DNA of 64,000 bases from an uncultured Prevotellaceae bacterium. GTDB lineage: Bacteria > Bacteroidota > Bacteroidia > Bacteroidales > Bacteroidaceae. The position numbers and the translations under genes were made by a program. The DNA lies in the NCBI GenBank assembly GCA_902761905.1, contig CACWMK010000010.1, positions 3,215-67,214 of the forward strand. Reading direction: 5' to 3'. Numbering within the stretch: the stretch's first letter is position 1; every line of letters starts with the position of its first letter. The notes under the pieces are model-generated. The model made no database searches, was not told the DNA's origin, and saw only the letters and a program-made list of their open reading frames with translations. Of the stretch, positions 47,979-57,536 are shown piece after piece.

Positions 47979-49295
47979 TTACTTTTCTGCATCATGAATT
48001 ATCACTTTGATTTTCGAGATGCGATGTCCATCAAGTTCTGTTACCTCGAAGGTAAAGTTTTTATAATCCAAGCGTTCGTGCAGTTCTGGGAAGTCTCCCT
48101 TAATCTCAAGCAATAGACCTGCCAACGAATCGGCGTCACCTTCTACATCCTCGAATGTCTCATCATCGAGATCCAGAATTTTGTACAAGTCGCTCAGCAG
48201 CGTCTTACCTTCAAATATATAGGTATTAGCATTTATACGGGTATACGATTTCTCCTCCTCGTCATATTCGTCGTTTATCTCGCCTACTATCTCCTCAAGA
48301 ATGTCCTCAAGCGTAATTATACCACTGGTTCCACCAAACTCGTCAACCACGATGGCTATGTGGACCTTGTTCTCCTGGAACTCGCGTAGCAGATCATCAA
48401 TCTTCTTTGTCTCTGGTACGAAATATGGCGGCCGTATAAGCGACTGCCAACGGAATGAGGCAGGTTTTGACAGATAAGGAAGTAAGTCCTTGATATAAAG
48501 GATTCCGCGAATATTATCTATAGTGTCCTGATATACCGGTATACGAGAATAGTTGTTTTCCACGATGCACTTCAACACTTCTGGGAAAGGCAGACTAAAA
48601 TCCAGATCAACCACATCCTGTCTACTAGTCATTACCTCCTTGGCAGTCTCGTCTCCAAAGCGCACGATGCCTTCAAGCATATCTTTCTCGTCCTTCAGTT
48701 CCTCTTCGTCCGTAAGTTCAAGAGCCTGCTCCAAATCATCTACACTCAGCACATGATTCTCTTTCTGAACCACTTTCTCAGCAATGATACCCGAACGTAT
48801 CAGTATCGATGATAATGGATAGAACACCTTACGCAGGATCATTATACTACCGGCTACTTTACGACAAAACGACAATGCTTTCTGCCCTGCATACACTTTA
48901 GGCATAATCTCGCCAAACAGCAACAGAAGGAATGTAAGCAATACAGTAATTACAATAAACTGCAACCAATAAGCATTTCCAAAATCAACAACATGAGCAA
49001 AGAAATAATTGCATAACATAATAATGGTTACGTTTACCAGATTATTAGTAATCAGTATCGTAGCCAATGTACGCTCTGAATCCTCACGCAGCTGACGAAT
49101 TTTACGATCCGAGTCATTCTTCTCCTCATCAAGTTCACTAAGATCTGTAGGAGAAAGCGAAAAAAACGCTATCTCAGACCCCGAAGCGAAGCCTGAGAAG
49201 ATAAGTAGTATTCCTGCTATCAAGATTGCAATCAGTGCTCCCAGCGAGGGAGTCATGATTGTTACTTCATTCAGGATTTGTTGAAGATAATCCAT
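47979..49295 (-). CDS. gldE: GldE-type CNNM/CBS protein
   Basis: Start trimmed to MDYLQQIL. SGFASGSEIAFFSL, GEIMPK and VVDEFGGTSG motifs; next to ssb as is typical in Bacteroidetes. Confidence 0.85.
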   Translation of the reverse strand: MDYLQQILNEVTIMTPSLGALIAILIAGILLIFSGFASGSEIAFFSLSPTDLSELDEEKNDSDRKIRQLREDSERTLATILITNNLVNVTIIMLCNYFFAHVVDFGNAYWLQFIVITVLLTFLLLLFGEIMPKVYAGQKALSFCRKVAGSIMILRKVFYPLSSILIRSGIIAEKVVQKENHVLSVDDLEQALELTDEEELKDEKDMLEGIVRFGDETAKEVMTSRQDVVDLDFSLPFPEVLKCIVENNYSRIPVYQDTIDNIRGILYIKDLLPYLSKPASFRWQSLIRPPYFVPETKKIDDLLREFQENKVHIAIVVDEFGGTSGIITLEDILEEIVGEINDEYDEEEKSYTRINANTYIFEGKTLLSDLYKILDLDDETFEDVEGDADSLAGLLLEIKGDFPELHERLDYKNFTFEVTELDGHRISKIKVIIHDAEK

Positions 49296-49629
49296 TGTCT
49301 GATTTTGGTGAAAGCATTTCCATATTATCAGCCCAGATCTCTGTAGCATAACGACGCTGGCCCTGCTTGTCATCATAAGTAGTATAGCGGATACGTCCCT
49401 CTATATATAGCTTATCGCCTTTATGTACATATTTCTCTACGATCTCGGCCAGTCTACGCCATAGTATTACATTATGCCAATCTGTATGATCTGGAACCTG
49501 AGTTCCATTCTGAAGTGTATAACCACGTTCGGTTGTTGCAAGTCTTACACGAGCCACAGCCACACCCTGTTCTACATATCTCACTTCTGGATCCTGGCCA
49601 ACATTGCCTATGAGCATTACTTTATTCAT
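49267..49629 (-). CDS. ssb: Single-stranded DNA-binding protein (no acidic tail)
   Basis: NKVMLIGNVG.DPE, TDWHNVILW and KGDKLYIEGRI motifs. Confidence 0.93.
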   Translation of the reverse strand: MNKVMLIGNVGQDPEVRYVEQGVAVARVRLATTERGYTLQNGTQVPDHTDWHNVILWRRLAEIVEKYVHKGDKLYIEGRIRYTTYDDKQGQRRYATEIWADNMEMLSPKSDNGLSSTNPE

Positions 49630-49650
49630 AATTGTCGTTTTTGAAGGTTT

Positions 49651-50193
49651 TTATTTTGCTCTGCCTAAATAGCGGAACTTAAAGTTCTTTCCCTTGGGCG
49701 ATGGAAACTGACTACGAGTATCAACCCTGTCTCTCAGATAGTCAATCATGCGGTCATAGCATTCCATACCTGATACAGCCTTAAGACGGGCTACAAACTG
49801 AGTATCACGATATTGGAATTTACCTGTACCAGGAACAAGTAACACACGCTTGAAATCTACTACACCCTCATACCATCCATCATTAATTTCATTCAGACGC
49901 ATAAGGATTGGAGTATTTTTAGATGACGGTTCAATATTCTCTGGTTCATGAACAGCCTTTTTATCTTTAAAATCTTGCATTGTCTGTGCTTCTGTCTTTA
50001 TAATAATGAAATATACTCTAGGATGAACCTTATATCTCTTAGGATAGTATACATCACTCGAAGCATATTCACGTATATCAGCCTCAAGGAGTGGATTCAT
50101 CTCAATTTCCTCGATTGAACTCAAAAAATCAATAGCCTCGTCAACAGTAGTCACGAGAGTTTCCCGGTCAAAATATCTTAAGTATAAATTCAT
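49651..50193 (-). CDS. Conserved hypothetical protein
   Basis: 180-aa ORF co-oriented with the tRNA cluster and ssb. Confidence 0.8.
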   Translation of the reverse strand: MNLYLRYFDRETLVTTVDEAIDFLSSIEEIEMNPLLEADIREYASSDVYYPKRYKVHPRVYFIIIKTEAQTMQDFKDKKAVHEPENIEPSSKNTPILMRLNEINDGWYEGVVDFKRVLLVPGTGKFQYRDTQFVARLKAVSGMECYDRMIDYLRDRVDTRSQFPSPKGKNFKFRYLGRAK

Positions 50194-50229
50194 TGTTTTT
50201 GAAAAAGATGTGGTTTCCTAAATAATAAG

Positions 50230-50302
50230 AGCGGAAAACGGGACTCGGACCCGCGACCCCAACCTTGGCAAGGTTGTGCTCTACCAACTGAGCTATTTCC
50301 GC
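50230..50302 (-). tRNA. tRNA-Gly(GCC)
   Basis: GCGGAAA acceptor stem, TTGCCAA anticodon loop, U73; T-loop is TCCGAGT. Confidence 0.95.
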
Positions 50303-50320
50303 AAATATTTCAAATAAAAA

Positions 50321-50407
50321 TGGTGAAGAGGAGGAGACTCGAACTCCCACGTCGCAATTGACACTACCCCCTCAAAGTAGCGCGTCTACCAATTCCGCCA
50401 CCTCTCC
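50321..50407 (-). tRNA. tRNA-Leu(GAG), CCA encoded
   Basis: CTACT-TTGAGGG-GGTAG anticodon arm and long variable arm. Confidence 0.95.
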
Positions 50408-50430
50408 AACATACGCTGAATAAAAAAGAG

Positions 50431-50512
50431 TGCCCAGAACAGGACTCGAACCTGCACGCCTTGCGGCACACGCACCTGAAACGTGCGCGTCTACCAATTC
50501 CGCCACCTGGGC
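50431..50512 (-). tRNA. tRNA-Leu(CAG)
   Basis: CACGT-TTCAGGT-GCGTG anticodon arm, variable arm, GTTCGAGTC T-loop. Confidence 0.95.
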
Positions 50513-50563
50513 ATTTTTAACATTAAGGCCATTCCTTAATGACTCTTTTTTGTTCAACAAGTG

Positions 50564-50636
50564 AGCGGAAAACGGGACTCGGACCCGCGACCCCAACCTT
50601 GGCAAGGTTGTGCTCTACCAACTGAGCTATTTCCGC
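50564..50636 (-). tRNA. tRNA-Gly(GCC), identical second copy
   Basis: Same 73-nt sequence as 50230-50302. Confidence 0.95.
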
Positions 50637-50677
50637 GTTATTCTCTTTATCAGAGGCATCTCTCTTGATTGCGGGTG

Positions 50678-50685
50678 CAAAGGTA
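50678..50685 (-). promoter_or_regulatory. -7 element of the tRNA operon
   Basis: TACCTTTGCACCCGCAA; the same extended motif occurs upstream of tRNA-Asp. Confidence 0.7.
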
Positions 50686-50769
50686 ATGCTTTTTTTTGAA
50701 CTGACAAACTTTTCAGCGATTTTTTTTCGAAAAAAGTGCCATTTTATCGATTTATTTACAAATCCGGGC

Positions 50770-51891
50770 CTAATCCATACGATTTCGATAATCTTCGTAC
50801 CCAAAACTCCTCAAAATCTCCAATCGTCCATCTGTATGTAACATACCAATTGCAGGATGTGAAATTCCGTTAAAAGTACAAGTTTTAACAGTTGTGTAGT
50901 GAATCATATCCTCGAATATCACTTCTTCACCAATTTTCAATATATGGTCAAAATGCCAAGAACCCATAAAATCGCCACTCAAGCAACTGTTACCTCCAAG
51001 ACGATATGTCATAGGTTCGGTAGCCTTTTCCATTTCTACTATTTCAGCACCACGCACTTCCGGCATATATGGCATTTCCAGGCAATCGGGCATATGACAT
51101 GTAAAGCTTACATCCAAAATTGCAGTTTTAATTCCTTTATCTTCTACCAGATCTACAACATGTGATACCAACGGACCGGTTTGCCAGGCAAAGGCACTTC
51201 CTGGTTCAAGTATAACCTTCAACCAAGGATAACGCTGCTTAAAATCCTTCATCAACTTTATCAGCAAGTCAACATCATAGTCCTTACGCGTCATCAGATG
51301 ACCACCGCCAAAGTTAATCCACTTCAACTGTGGGAACCACTTTGCAAACTTCTCTTCGATATGAACCAGCGTACGTTGGAACACATCTGCCCCACTCTCG
51401 CAATGACAATGGCAATGGAATCCTTCAATATCACTTGGTAATTCCTCGGGCAACTTATCGGCAGTCACGCCAAAGCGTGTGCCAGGTGCACATGGATTAT
51501 ATAATAATGTGCCAACTTCCGAATATTCGGGATTAACTCGCAATCCTAACGATACTGTCTTTGCTTGATTATGGAATCGCTCATACTGCGAAAGCGAATT
51601 AAATGTAAGATGCGACGAGCATTTTACAATTTCAGGAAATTCGTCCTCAGTATATGCAGGCGAATAAGTATGAGCAGGTGCCTTAAACTCCTCATACGCC
51701 AGACGAGCCTCCGACAATGAACTGGCCGTAGTACTATTGATATACTCACGGAAGATAGGAAATGTCTTCCAAAGTGCAAATGCCTTAAAGGCAAGTATAA
51801 TCTCTATATCAGCATTCGCCGCAACATCAGCAATAAGCTTGAGGTTACGGCGAAGTTTAGATTCCTCTATAATATAAATAGGTGTATTCAT
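50770..51891 (-). CDS. nspC: Carboxynorspermidine decarboxylase
   Basis: LAFKAF, LRVNPEYS, PCAPGTRFG, HFHCHCE-like GFHCHCHCE, NFGGGH and HMPDCLEMPY motifs. Confidence 0.92.
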   Translation of the reverse strand: MNTPIYIIEESKLRRNLKLIADVAANADIEIILAFKAFALWKTFPIFREYINSTTASSLSEARLAYEEFKAPAHTYSPAYTEDEFPEIVKCSSHLTFNSLSQYERFHNQAKTVSLGLRVNPEYSEVGTLLYNPCAPGTRFGVTADKLPEELPSDIEGFHCHCHCESGADVFQRTLVHIEEKFAKWFPQLKWINFGGGHLMTRKDYDVDLLIKLMKDFKQRYPWLKVILEPGSAFAWQTGPLVSHVVDLVEDKGIKTAILDVSFTCHMPDCLEMPYMPEVRGAEIVEMEKATEPMTYRLGGNSCLSGDFMGSWHFDHILKIGEEVIFEDMIHYTTVKTCTFNGISHPAIGMLHTDGRLEILRSFGYEDYRNRMD

Positions 51892-53033
51892 TATTTCTTA
51901 AGCGGTACGGTAAAGCTAAATGTACTTCCTTGTCCTTCTATTGATTCTACATAGCAATCTCCTCCATTCTTCCGTGCAAAATCCTGACACAACTGCAGCC
52001 CAAGTCCAGAGCCTTCCTCTCCACCGGTTCCGTAGGTGGTATCACCCTTCTTAAATATAGAACCAATTCGGTCGGCAGCTATTCCCACGCCATGGTCGGT
52101 AACGCTGATTTTTGCGAATTCGCCTTCTGCCGTCATTTTAATTTCGATAGTCGAATTCTCTGGCGAGAACTTAATGGCGTTCGAAAGGAAATTACGCATC
52201 ACAGTCTTCAGCATATCATTATCCGCAGTAACAACCAGATTATCCGATGATGGCTGCAAATCCAGTTTGATATGCTTTGTCTGTGCTATCATTTCGAATA
52301 TCTCTACTACACCAGGTATGATATCGTTAAGTTCAAGATCCTGAACCACAACATTCAGTCGTCCGGTCTGACTCTTTGTCCACTTCAGCAGATTGTCCAG
52401 CAGATCATGCACATCCTCTGACTCACGGTTTGCCTTATCCAACAGTTCGTAGAGTTCCTGACCTACAGTTTCTGGAGATGTCGAAGCAACTACCAGATTA
52501 AGTACCATACGGATACTAGCCATAGGCGAGCGCAGATCATGAGCAATTACCGAATACATCTTATCACGATTTGCCAGAGTAGCTCGCAGATCTTGGTTCT
52601 GCTGCTCAATGATACGCTTAGCTGCAACAAGTGATATCTGCTGCATCACACGCATCACAAGTTCTTCCTTATTAAAAGGCTTAGTCAGGAAGTCACTGGC
52701 ACCAACCTGGAATCCATGCACCAAATCCTGGGGAGTATTCAACGCTGTCAGGAAGATGATGGGTATATCTTTTGTTTCCTCATCTTTCTTCAGTACTACA
52801 GCAGTATCAAAACCACTAATGTCTGGCATCATAACATCTAGCAGTATCAAGTCGGGATGCTCCTTCTTGGCCTGTTCTATACATGTCGTACCATTGTTCG
52901 CAGTACAAACCTGGAACTTTTCATTGGTCAACAAGATCTTCAGCAGTAAGACATTGCTCACTACATCATCTACAATAAGTATTTTATACTCACTGCGGTT
53001 TATTTTAGATTCTAGTGTATCTGCTACATCCAT
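51891..53033 (-). CDS. Cytoplasmic hybrid response regulator/histidine kinase (REC-HisKA-HATPase)
   Basis: Start trimmed to MDVADTL. ILLDVMMP, AHDLRSP, NFLSNAIKF and GSGLGL motifs; no TM. Confidence 0.9.
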   Translation of the reverse strand: MDVADTLESKINRSEYKILIVDDVVSNVLLLKILLTNEKFQVCTANNGTTCIEQAKKEHPDLILLDVMMPDISGFDTAVVLKKDEETKDIPIIFLTALNTPQDLVHGFQVGASDFLTKPFNKEELVMRVMQQISLVAAKRIIEQQNQDLRATLANRDKMYSVIAHDLRSPMASIRMVLNLVVASTSPETVGQELYELLDKANRESEDVHDLLDNLLKWTKSQTGRLNVVVQDLELNDIIPGVVEIFEMIAQTKHIKLDLQPSSDNLVVTADNDMLKTVMRNFLSNAIKFSPENSTIEIKMTAEGEFAKISVTDHGVGIAADRIGSIFKKGDTTYGTGGEEGSGLGLQLCQDFARKNGGDCYVESIEGQGSTFSFTVPLKK

Positions 53034-53077
53034 GACTTTAGTCAGTAATACTTCGTAAAAAGTTGAATATGACTTTG

Positions 53078-53085
53078 CAAAAATA
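53078..53085 (-). promoter_or_regulatory. -7 element
   Basis: TATTTTTG(CA). Confidence 0.5.
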
Positions 53086-53165
53086 GTGCAATAATTTGAA
53101 ATAACCAAATTATTACACCATTTTTTTGCATTTTATAGGTAATATAAGCCTTTCAGGCCTCTATT

Positions 53166-56100
53166 CTACTTATATTCTGACCAAGATTTGATACCTATTT
53201 CATTTAATTTAATGCTACAGAATGCATGTATGAATGCACTTGCAAGTCGGCTATTTGTAATCAAAGGCACATTCAGATCAATGGCTGCACGACGTATTTT
53301 ATATCCGTTTGTCAGCTCGTGTGTGGTAAGATTCTTTGGAATATTTACTACCATATCAATCTTATGCTCATGCAACAGGTCGAGCGCCTGTGGCTGGGCA
53401 TCTTCTGATGGCCAGTGCACCAATGTATTCTCGATTCCGTTGTCTGTAAGGTATTTCGAAGTACCTCCTGTAGCATATAGCTCATAACCATTGTCTACCA
53501 GTTGCTTGGCAGCATCCAGCATTTCTGCTTTCTGCTTAGCCGAACCGGTAGACAGCAGAACAGTCTTCTTTGGTATACGATGACCTACGCTAAGCATTGC
53601 CTTGAGCAGAGCAGTGTCGGTATTATCACCTATACATCCCACCTCACCGGTCGATGCCATATCTACTCCGAGCACTGGGTCGGCCTTCTGCAGACGATTA
53701 AAACTAAACTGCGATGCCTTGATACCTACATAGTCCAGATCAAACAGGTTCTTAGCAGGCTTCTCAACAGGCAGACCGAGCATCACCTTAGTTGCCAGGT
53801 CGATAAGGTTAAGTTTAAGTACCTTGCTTACAAATGGGAAACTACGCGATGCACGCAGGTTACACTCGATAACCAGTATATCGTTTTCGCGAGCCATGTA
53901 CTGGATGTTGAATGGCCCATTGATGTGCAGTGCTTTTGCTATCTGACGAGAGATACGCTTGATACGGCGCACTGTCTCTACATACAGTTTCTGTGGTGGG
54001 AACTGGATTGTAGCATCACCAGAGTGTACACCAGCAAACTCGATATGCTCACTGATGGCGTATGCAAGTATCTCGCCATCCTTTGCCACTGCATCCATCT
54101 CAATCTCCTTGGCATGCTCAATGAACTTAGAAACCACCACAGGATGATCCTCTGAAACATTAGCTGCGAGTTGCAAGAATTTCTCAAGCTCTTCCTTGTT
54201 CGAGCATACGTTCATGGCAGCACCCGAGAGCACATACGATGGACGAACCAGTACAGGGAATCCTACTCTGTCTACAAACTTGTCGATATCCTCCATTGAT
54301 GTCAGTGCGCTCCACTCAGGCTGGTTCACACCTATCTCGTTCAGCATCTGTGAGAACTTGGCACGGTCCTCAGCTCCGTCGATATCCACAGCCTGAGTGC
54401 CAAGAATGTTCACATGCTGCTCGTCCAGATATACTGCCAGATTGTTTGGAATCTGGCCACCGGTAGATACGATCACTCCGTGTGGCTGTTCCATATCGAT
54501 GATATCAAGCACTCGCTCAAATGTCAACTCATCAAAGTACAGACGGTCACACATATCATAGTCGGTCGACACAGTCTCGGGATTGTAGTTTATCATCACC
54601 GAGCGCCAGCCTTCCTTGCGTATAGTGTTCAATGCCTGCACACCACACCAGTCGAACTCTACCGACGAACCGATGCGGTAAGCACCCGAACCGAGTACAA
54701 TAATACTCTTCTTATCATTCTCAAACTGGATATCACTTGCAACACCGCTGTATGTCACATACAGATAGTTTGTCTGTGCGGGATACTCGGCAGCCAGAGT
54801 ATCTATCTGCTTTACTACAGGAAGGATGCCAAACTGCTTACGACGATTACGAACCAGCAGCAAAGCCTCGTGCATATTGCGGCTTTCACTCTCCAATCCG
54901 ATGGCACGAGCTATCTGGAAGTCTGTAAATCCATATACTTTAGCCTCGCGCAGCAGATCCTTTTCCAGAGTATTGATATTCTGCTTCCTCAGCTGCTCAT
55001 CTATGTCGATGATATGCTTAAGTTTCTGCAAGAACCACTTGTCGATCTTTGTCAGCTCGTGTATGCGATCGATATCATACAGCTTATCGTGCATAGCCTT
55101 CGAGATCACAAAGATACGCTTATCGGTTGGCTCACGCAGTGCAGCATCAATATCGTTTATCTTCAGTTCCTTATTCTCAACAAATCCGTGCATACCCTGA
55201 CCGATCATACGCAAACCCTTCTGGATAGCCTCCTCAAAGTTGCGGCCGATAGCCATAACCTCGCCTACTGACTTCATCGACGAACCCAGTTCCTTATCAA
55301 CACCATGGAACTTTGACAGGTCCCAACGTGGAATCTTACAAACCACATAGTCTAGTGCAGGCTCAAAGAATGCCGACGTAGTCCTTGTTACCGAGTTCTT
55401 CAGTTCGAACAGTCCGTAACCCATACCCAGTTTGGCTGCGACAAATGCCAGAGGATAACCGGTTGCCTTTGAAGCCAGCGCCGACGAACGGCTCAGTCGG
55501 GCGTTAACCTCGATTACACGATAGTCTTCCGACTGTGGGTCGAAGGCGTACTGCACGTTACACTCACCCACAATACCGATATGACGTATAATCTTGATAG
55601 CCAGCGCACGCAGCTTATGATACTCAGAGTTGGTAAGTGTCTGCGATGGAGCGATAACGATCGACTCACCTGTATGAATTCCCAGTGGGTCGAAGTTCTC
55701 CATATTACATACGGTGATACAGTTATCGTATTTATCGCGCACTACCTCATACTCTATCTCCTTCCATCCCTTCAGCGACTTCTCTACCAGCACCTGTGGC
55801 GAGAATGCGAAGGCTTTCTCTGCGAGTTTGTTCAGTTCTTCCTCATTGTCGCAGAAACCTGAACCAAGTCCACCCAATGCGTATGCTGCACGCAGGATAA
55901 CGGGGTAACCCAGTGTAGCAGCAGCTTTGCGGGCACTCTCAATATCTGAGCAAGCTTCACTCTTGATGGTCTTAACACCAATCTCGTCCAGCTTCTTAAC
56001 AAAGAGCTCACGGTCCTCAGTATCCATGATAGCCTGTACCGGAGTTCCCAGAACCTTCACGCCATACTTCTCAAGCACACCGCTCTGGTACAATTCTACG

Positions 56101-56393
56101 CCACAGTTAAGGGCAGTCTGTCCACCGAATGCCAGCAGTATTCCGTCTGGACGTTCCTTCTCGATTACACGCTCCACGAAATATGGCTGAACAGGCAGAT
56201 AATATATCTCATCGGCAACACCCTCTGACGTCTGTACGGTGGCAATATTCGGGTTAATCAATACCGTTTTCACCCCCTCTTCGCGCAGTGCCTTCAGGGC
56301 TTGCGAGCCACTATAGTCGAACTCACCGGCCTCGCCGATTTTCAATGCGCCGCTACCCAGCAGCAAAACCTTCTTTATACTGTTATCTTTCAT
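53166..56393 (-). CDS. carB: Carbamoyl-phosphate synthase large subunit
   Basis: GEFDYSGSQA, two ATP-grasp halves, MGS domain. Confidence 0.97.
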   Translation of the reverse strand: MKDNSIKKVLLLGSGALKIGEAGEFDYSGSQALKALREEGVKTVLINPNIATVQTSEGVADEIYYLPVQPYFVERVIEKERPDGILLAFGGQTALNCGVELYQSGVLEKYGVKVLGTPVQAIMDTEDRELFVKKLDEIGVKTIKSEACSDIESARKAAATLGYPVILRAAYALGGLGSGFCDNEEELNKLAEKAFAFSPQVLVEKSLKGWKEIEYEVVRDKYDNCITVCNMENFDPLGIHTGESIVIAPSQTLTNSEYHKLRALAIKIIRHIGIVGECNVQYAFDPQSEDYRVIEVNARLSRSSALASKATGYPLAFVAAKLGMGYGLFELKNSVTRTTSAFFEPALDYVVCKIPRWDLSKFHGVDKELGSSMKSVGEVMAIGRNFEEAIQKGLRMIGQGMHGFVENKELKINDIDAALREPTDKRIFVISKAMHDKLYDIDRIHELTKIDKWFLQKLKHIIDIDEQLRKQNINTLEKDLLREAKVYGFTDFQIARAIGLESESRNMHEALLLVRNRRKQFGILPVVKQIDTLAAEYPAQTNYLYVTYSGVASDIQFENDKKSIIVLGSGAYRIGSSVEFDWCGVQALNTIRKEGWRSVMINYNPETVSTDYDMCDRLYFDELTFERVLDIIDMEQPHGVIVSTGGQIPNNLAVYLDEQHVNILGTQAVDIDGAEDRAKFSQMLNEIGVNQPEWSALTSMEDIDKFVDRVGFPVLVRPSYVLSGAAMNVCSNKEELEKFLQLAANVSEDHPVVVSKFIEHAKEIEMDAVAKDGEILAYAISEHIEFAGVHSGDATIQFPPQKLYVETVRRIKRISRQIAKALHINGPFNIQYMARENDILVIECNLRASRSFPFVSKVLKLNLIDLATKVMLGLPVEKPAKNLFDLDYVGIKASQFSFNRLQKADPVLGVDMASTGEVGCIGDNTDTALLKAMLSVGHRIPKKTVLLSTGSAKQKAEMLDAAKQLVDNGYELYATGGTSKYLTDNGIENTLVHWPSEDAQPQALDLLHEHKIDMVVNIPKNLTTHELTNGYKIRRAAIDLNVPLITNSRLASAFIHAFCSIKLNEIGIKSWSEYK

Positions 56394-57463
56394 AATGTCT
56401 CAATAAAACGGTCAAACATAAATTCTGTGTCAACTGGACCCGAGCATGCCTCGGGGTGAAACTGACTCGAGAACCAAGGGTGTGAGAGATGACGTATACC
56501 CTCGTTCGAGCCGTCGTTCATATTTACAAATAGTTCACGCCAGTCGTTGCCCAGTGTCGATGCATCAACTGCGTAGCCATGGTTCTGAGATGTAACATAG
56601 CAGCGGTTAGTACCTATCTCGCGCACTGGTTGGTTGTGAGAGCGGTGTCCGTACTTCAACTTATATATGGTAGCACCGCCTGCCTTAGCCAGCAACTGAT
56701 TACCCATACATATACCACAGATAGGCTTGCGCGATGCCGACATCTGTTTTTTCAGTATCTCGACTGCATCTACACACATATCCGGGTCGCCAGGGCCGTT
56801 AGCCAGGAACAGTCCGTCAAACTCCATGTCGGTATAGTCGTAGTTCCATGGTACACGGATCACCTCAACGCCACGGTTTACCAGACAACGTATGATATTA
56901 TTCTTTACACCGCAGTCTACCAGCACTACCTTTCTACCGGCACCTTCGTTGTAGCGTGTTACATCCTTGCAACTTACCTTGTCTACCCAGTTCACTCCCT
57001 CATATTCGGCAGTGGGGATATTGTCGGGCTCATCGTCAAATATTATCTGCCCCATCATCACGCCATGCTCACGAAGCACCTTTGTCAACTCGCGGGTGTC
57101 TATTCCAGTGATACCAGGCACACCCTCACGCTTAAGCCAGTCAGCCAGGCTCTCGTTTGCATTCCAATGCGAATAAGCTTGACTATAATCACTCACGATA
57201 ATGGCTGAAGCATAAATCTTGTCGCTCTCCATAAATGTTGCCAGACCATTCTTCTCTACTGTGAATGGTGGCACTCCGTAGTTTCCTACCAGAGGATAAG
57301 TAAGTGTCATTAACTGTCCGGCGTAACTGGGGTCTGTCAGCGATTCAGGATAACCCATCATCGCAGTGTTAAACACCACCTCGCCTGCCACGGGCTGTTC
57401 ACAACCGAAGCTCTTGCCGTGAAATTTTGTTCCGTCCGAAAGGACCAGTGTTACATCTCTCAT
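56390..57463 (-). CDS. carA: Carbamoyl-phosphate synthase small subunit
   Basis: Start trimmed to MRDVTLVLSDG. GEVVFNT, NGPGDP, GICMG and QFHPEA motifs. Confidence 0.95.
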   Translation of the reverse strand: MRDVTLVLSDGTKFHGKSFGCEQPVAGEVVFNTAMMGYPESLTDPSYAGQLMTLTYPLVGNYGVPPFTVEKNGLATFMESDKIYASAIIVSDYSQAYSHWNANESLADWLKREGVPGITGIDTRELTKVLREHGVMMGQIIFDDEPDNIPTAEYEGVNWVDKVSCKDVTRYNEGAGRKVVLVDCGVKNNIIRCLVNRGVEVIRVPWNYDYTDMEFDGLFLANGPGDPDMCVDAVEILKKQMSASRKPICGICMGNQLLAKAGGATIYKLKYGHRSHNQPVREIGTNRCYVTSQNHGYAVDASTLGNDWRELFVNMNDGSNEGIRHLSHPWFSSQFHPEACSGPVDTEFMFDRFIETL

Positions 57464-57496
57464 ATTCTTTCTTTGATAATACCTATATTCTTTTAT

Positions 57497-57532
57497 AAAA
57501 AAGGCGAAACGTTTAGAAAACGAATCGCCCTT
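57497..57532 (-). terminator. Terminator-like hairpin between glmS and carA
   Basis: GGCGATTCGTTT-TCT-AAACGTTTCGCC followed by TTTTTT on the minus strand. Confidence 0.6.
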
Positions 57533-57536
57533 GATT

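Noticed and set aside
22107-49295. Two CNNM/CBS paralogues in one window
   Set aside because: The lptC-linked and ssb-linked (gldE) copies are both standard in Bacteroidetes.
50230-50636. tRNA cluster as an island integration site
   Set aside because: Both Gly copies are full length and the flanks are core genes (ssb, nspC). No partial 3' repeat is seen elsewhere in the window.
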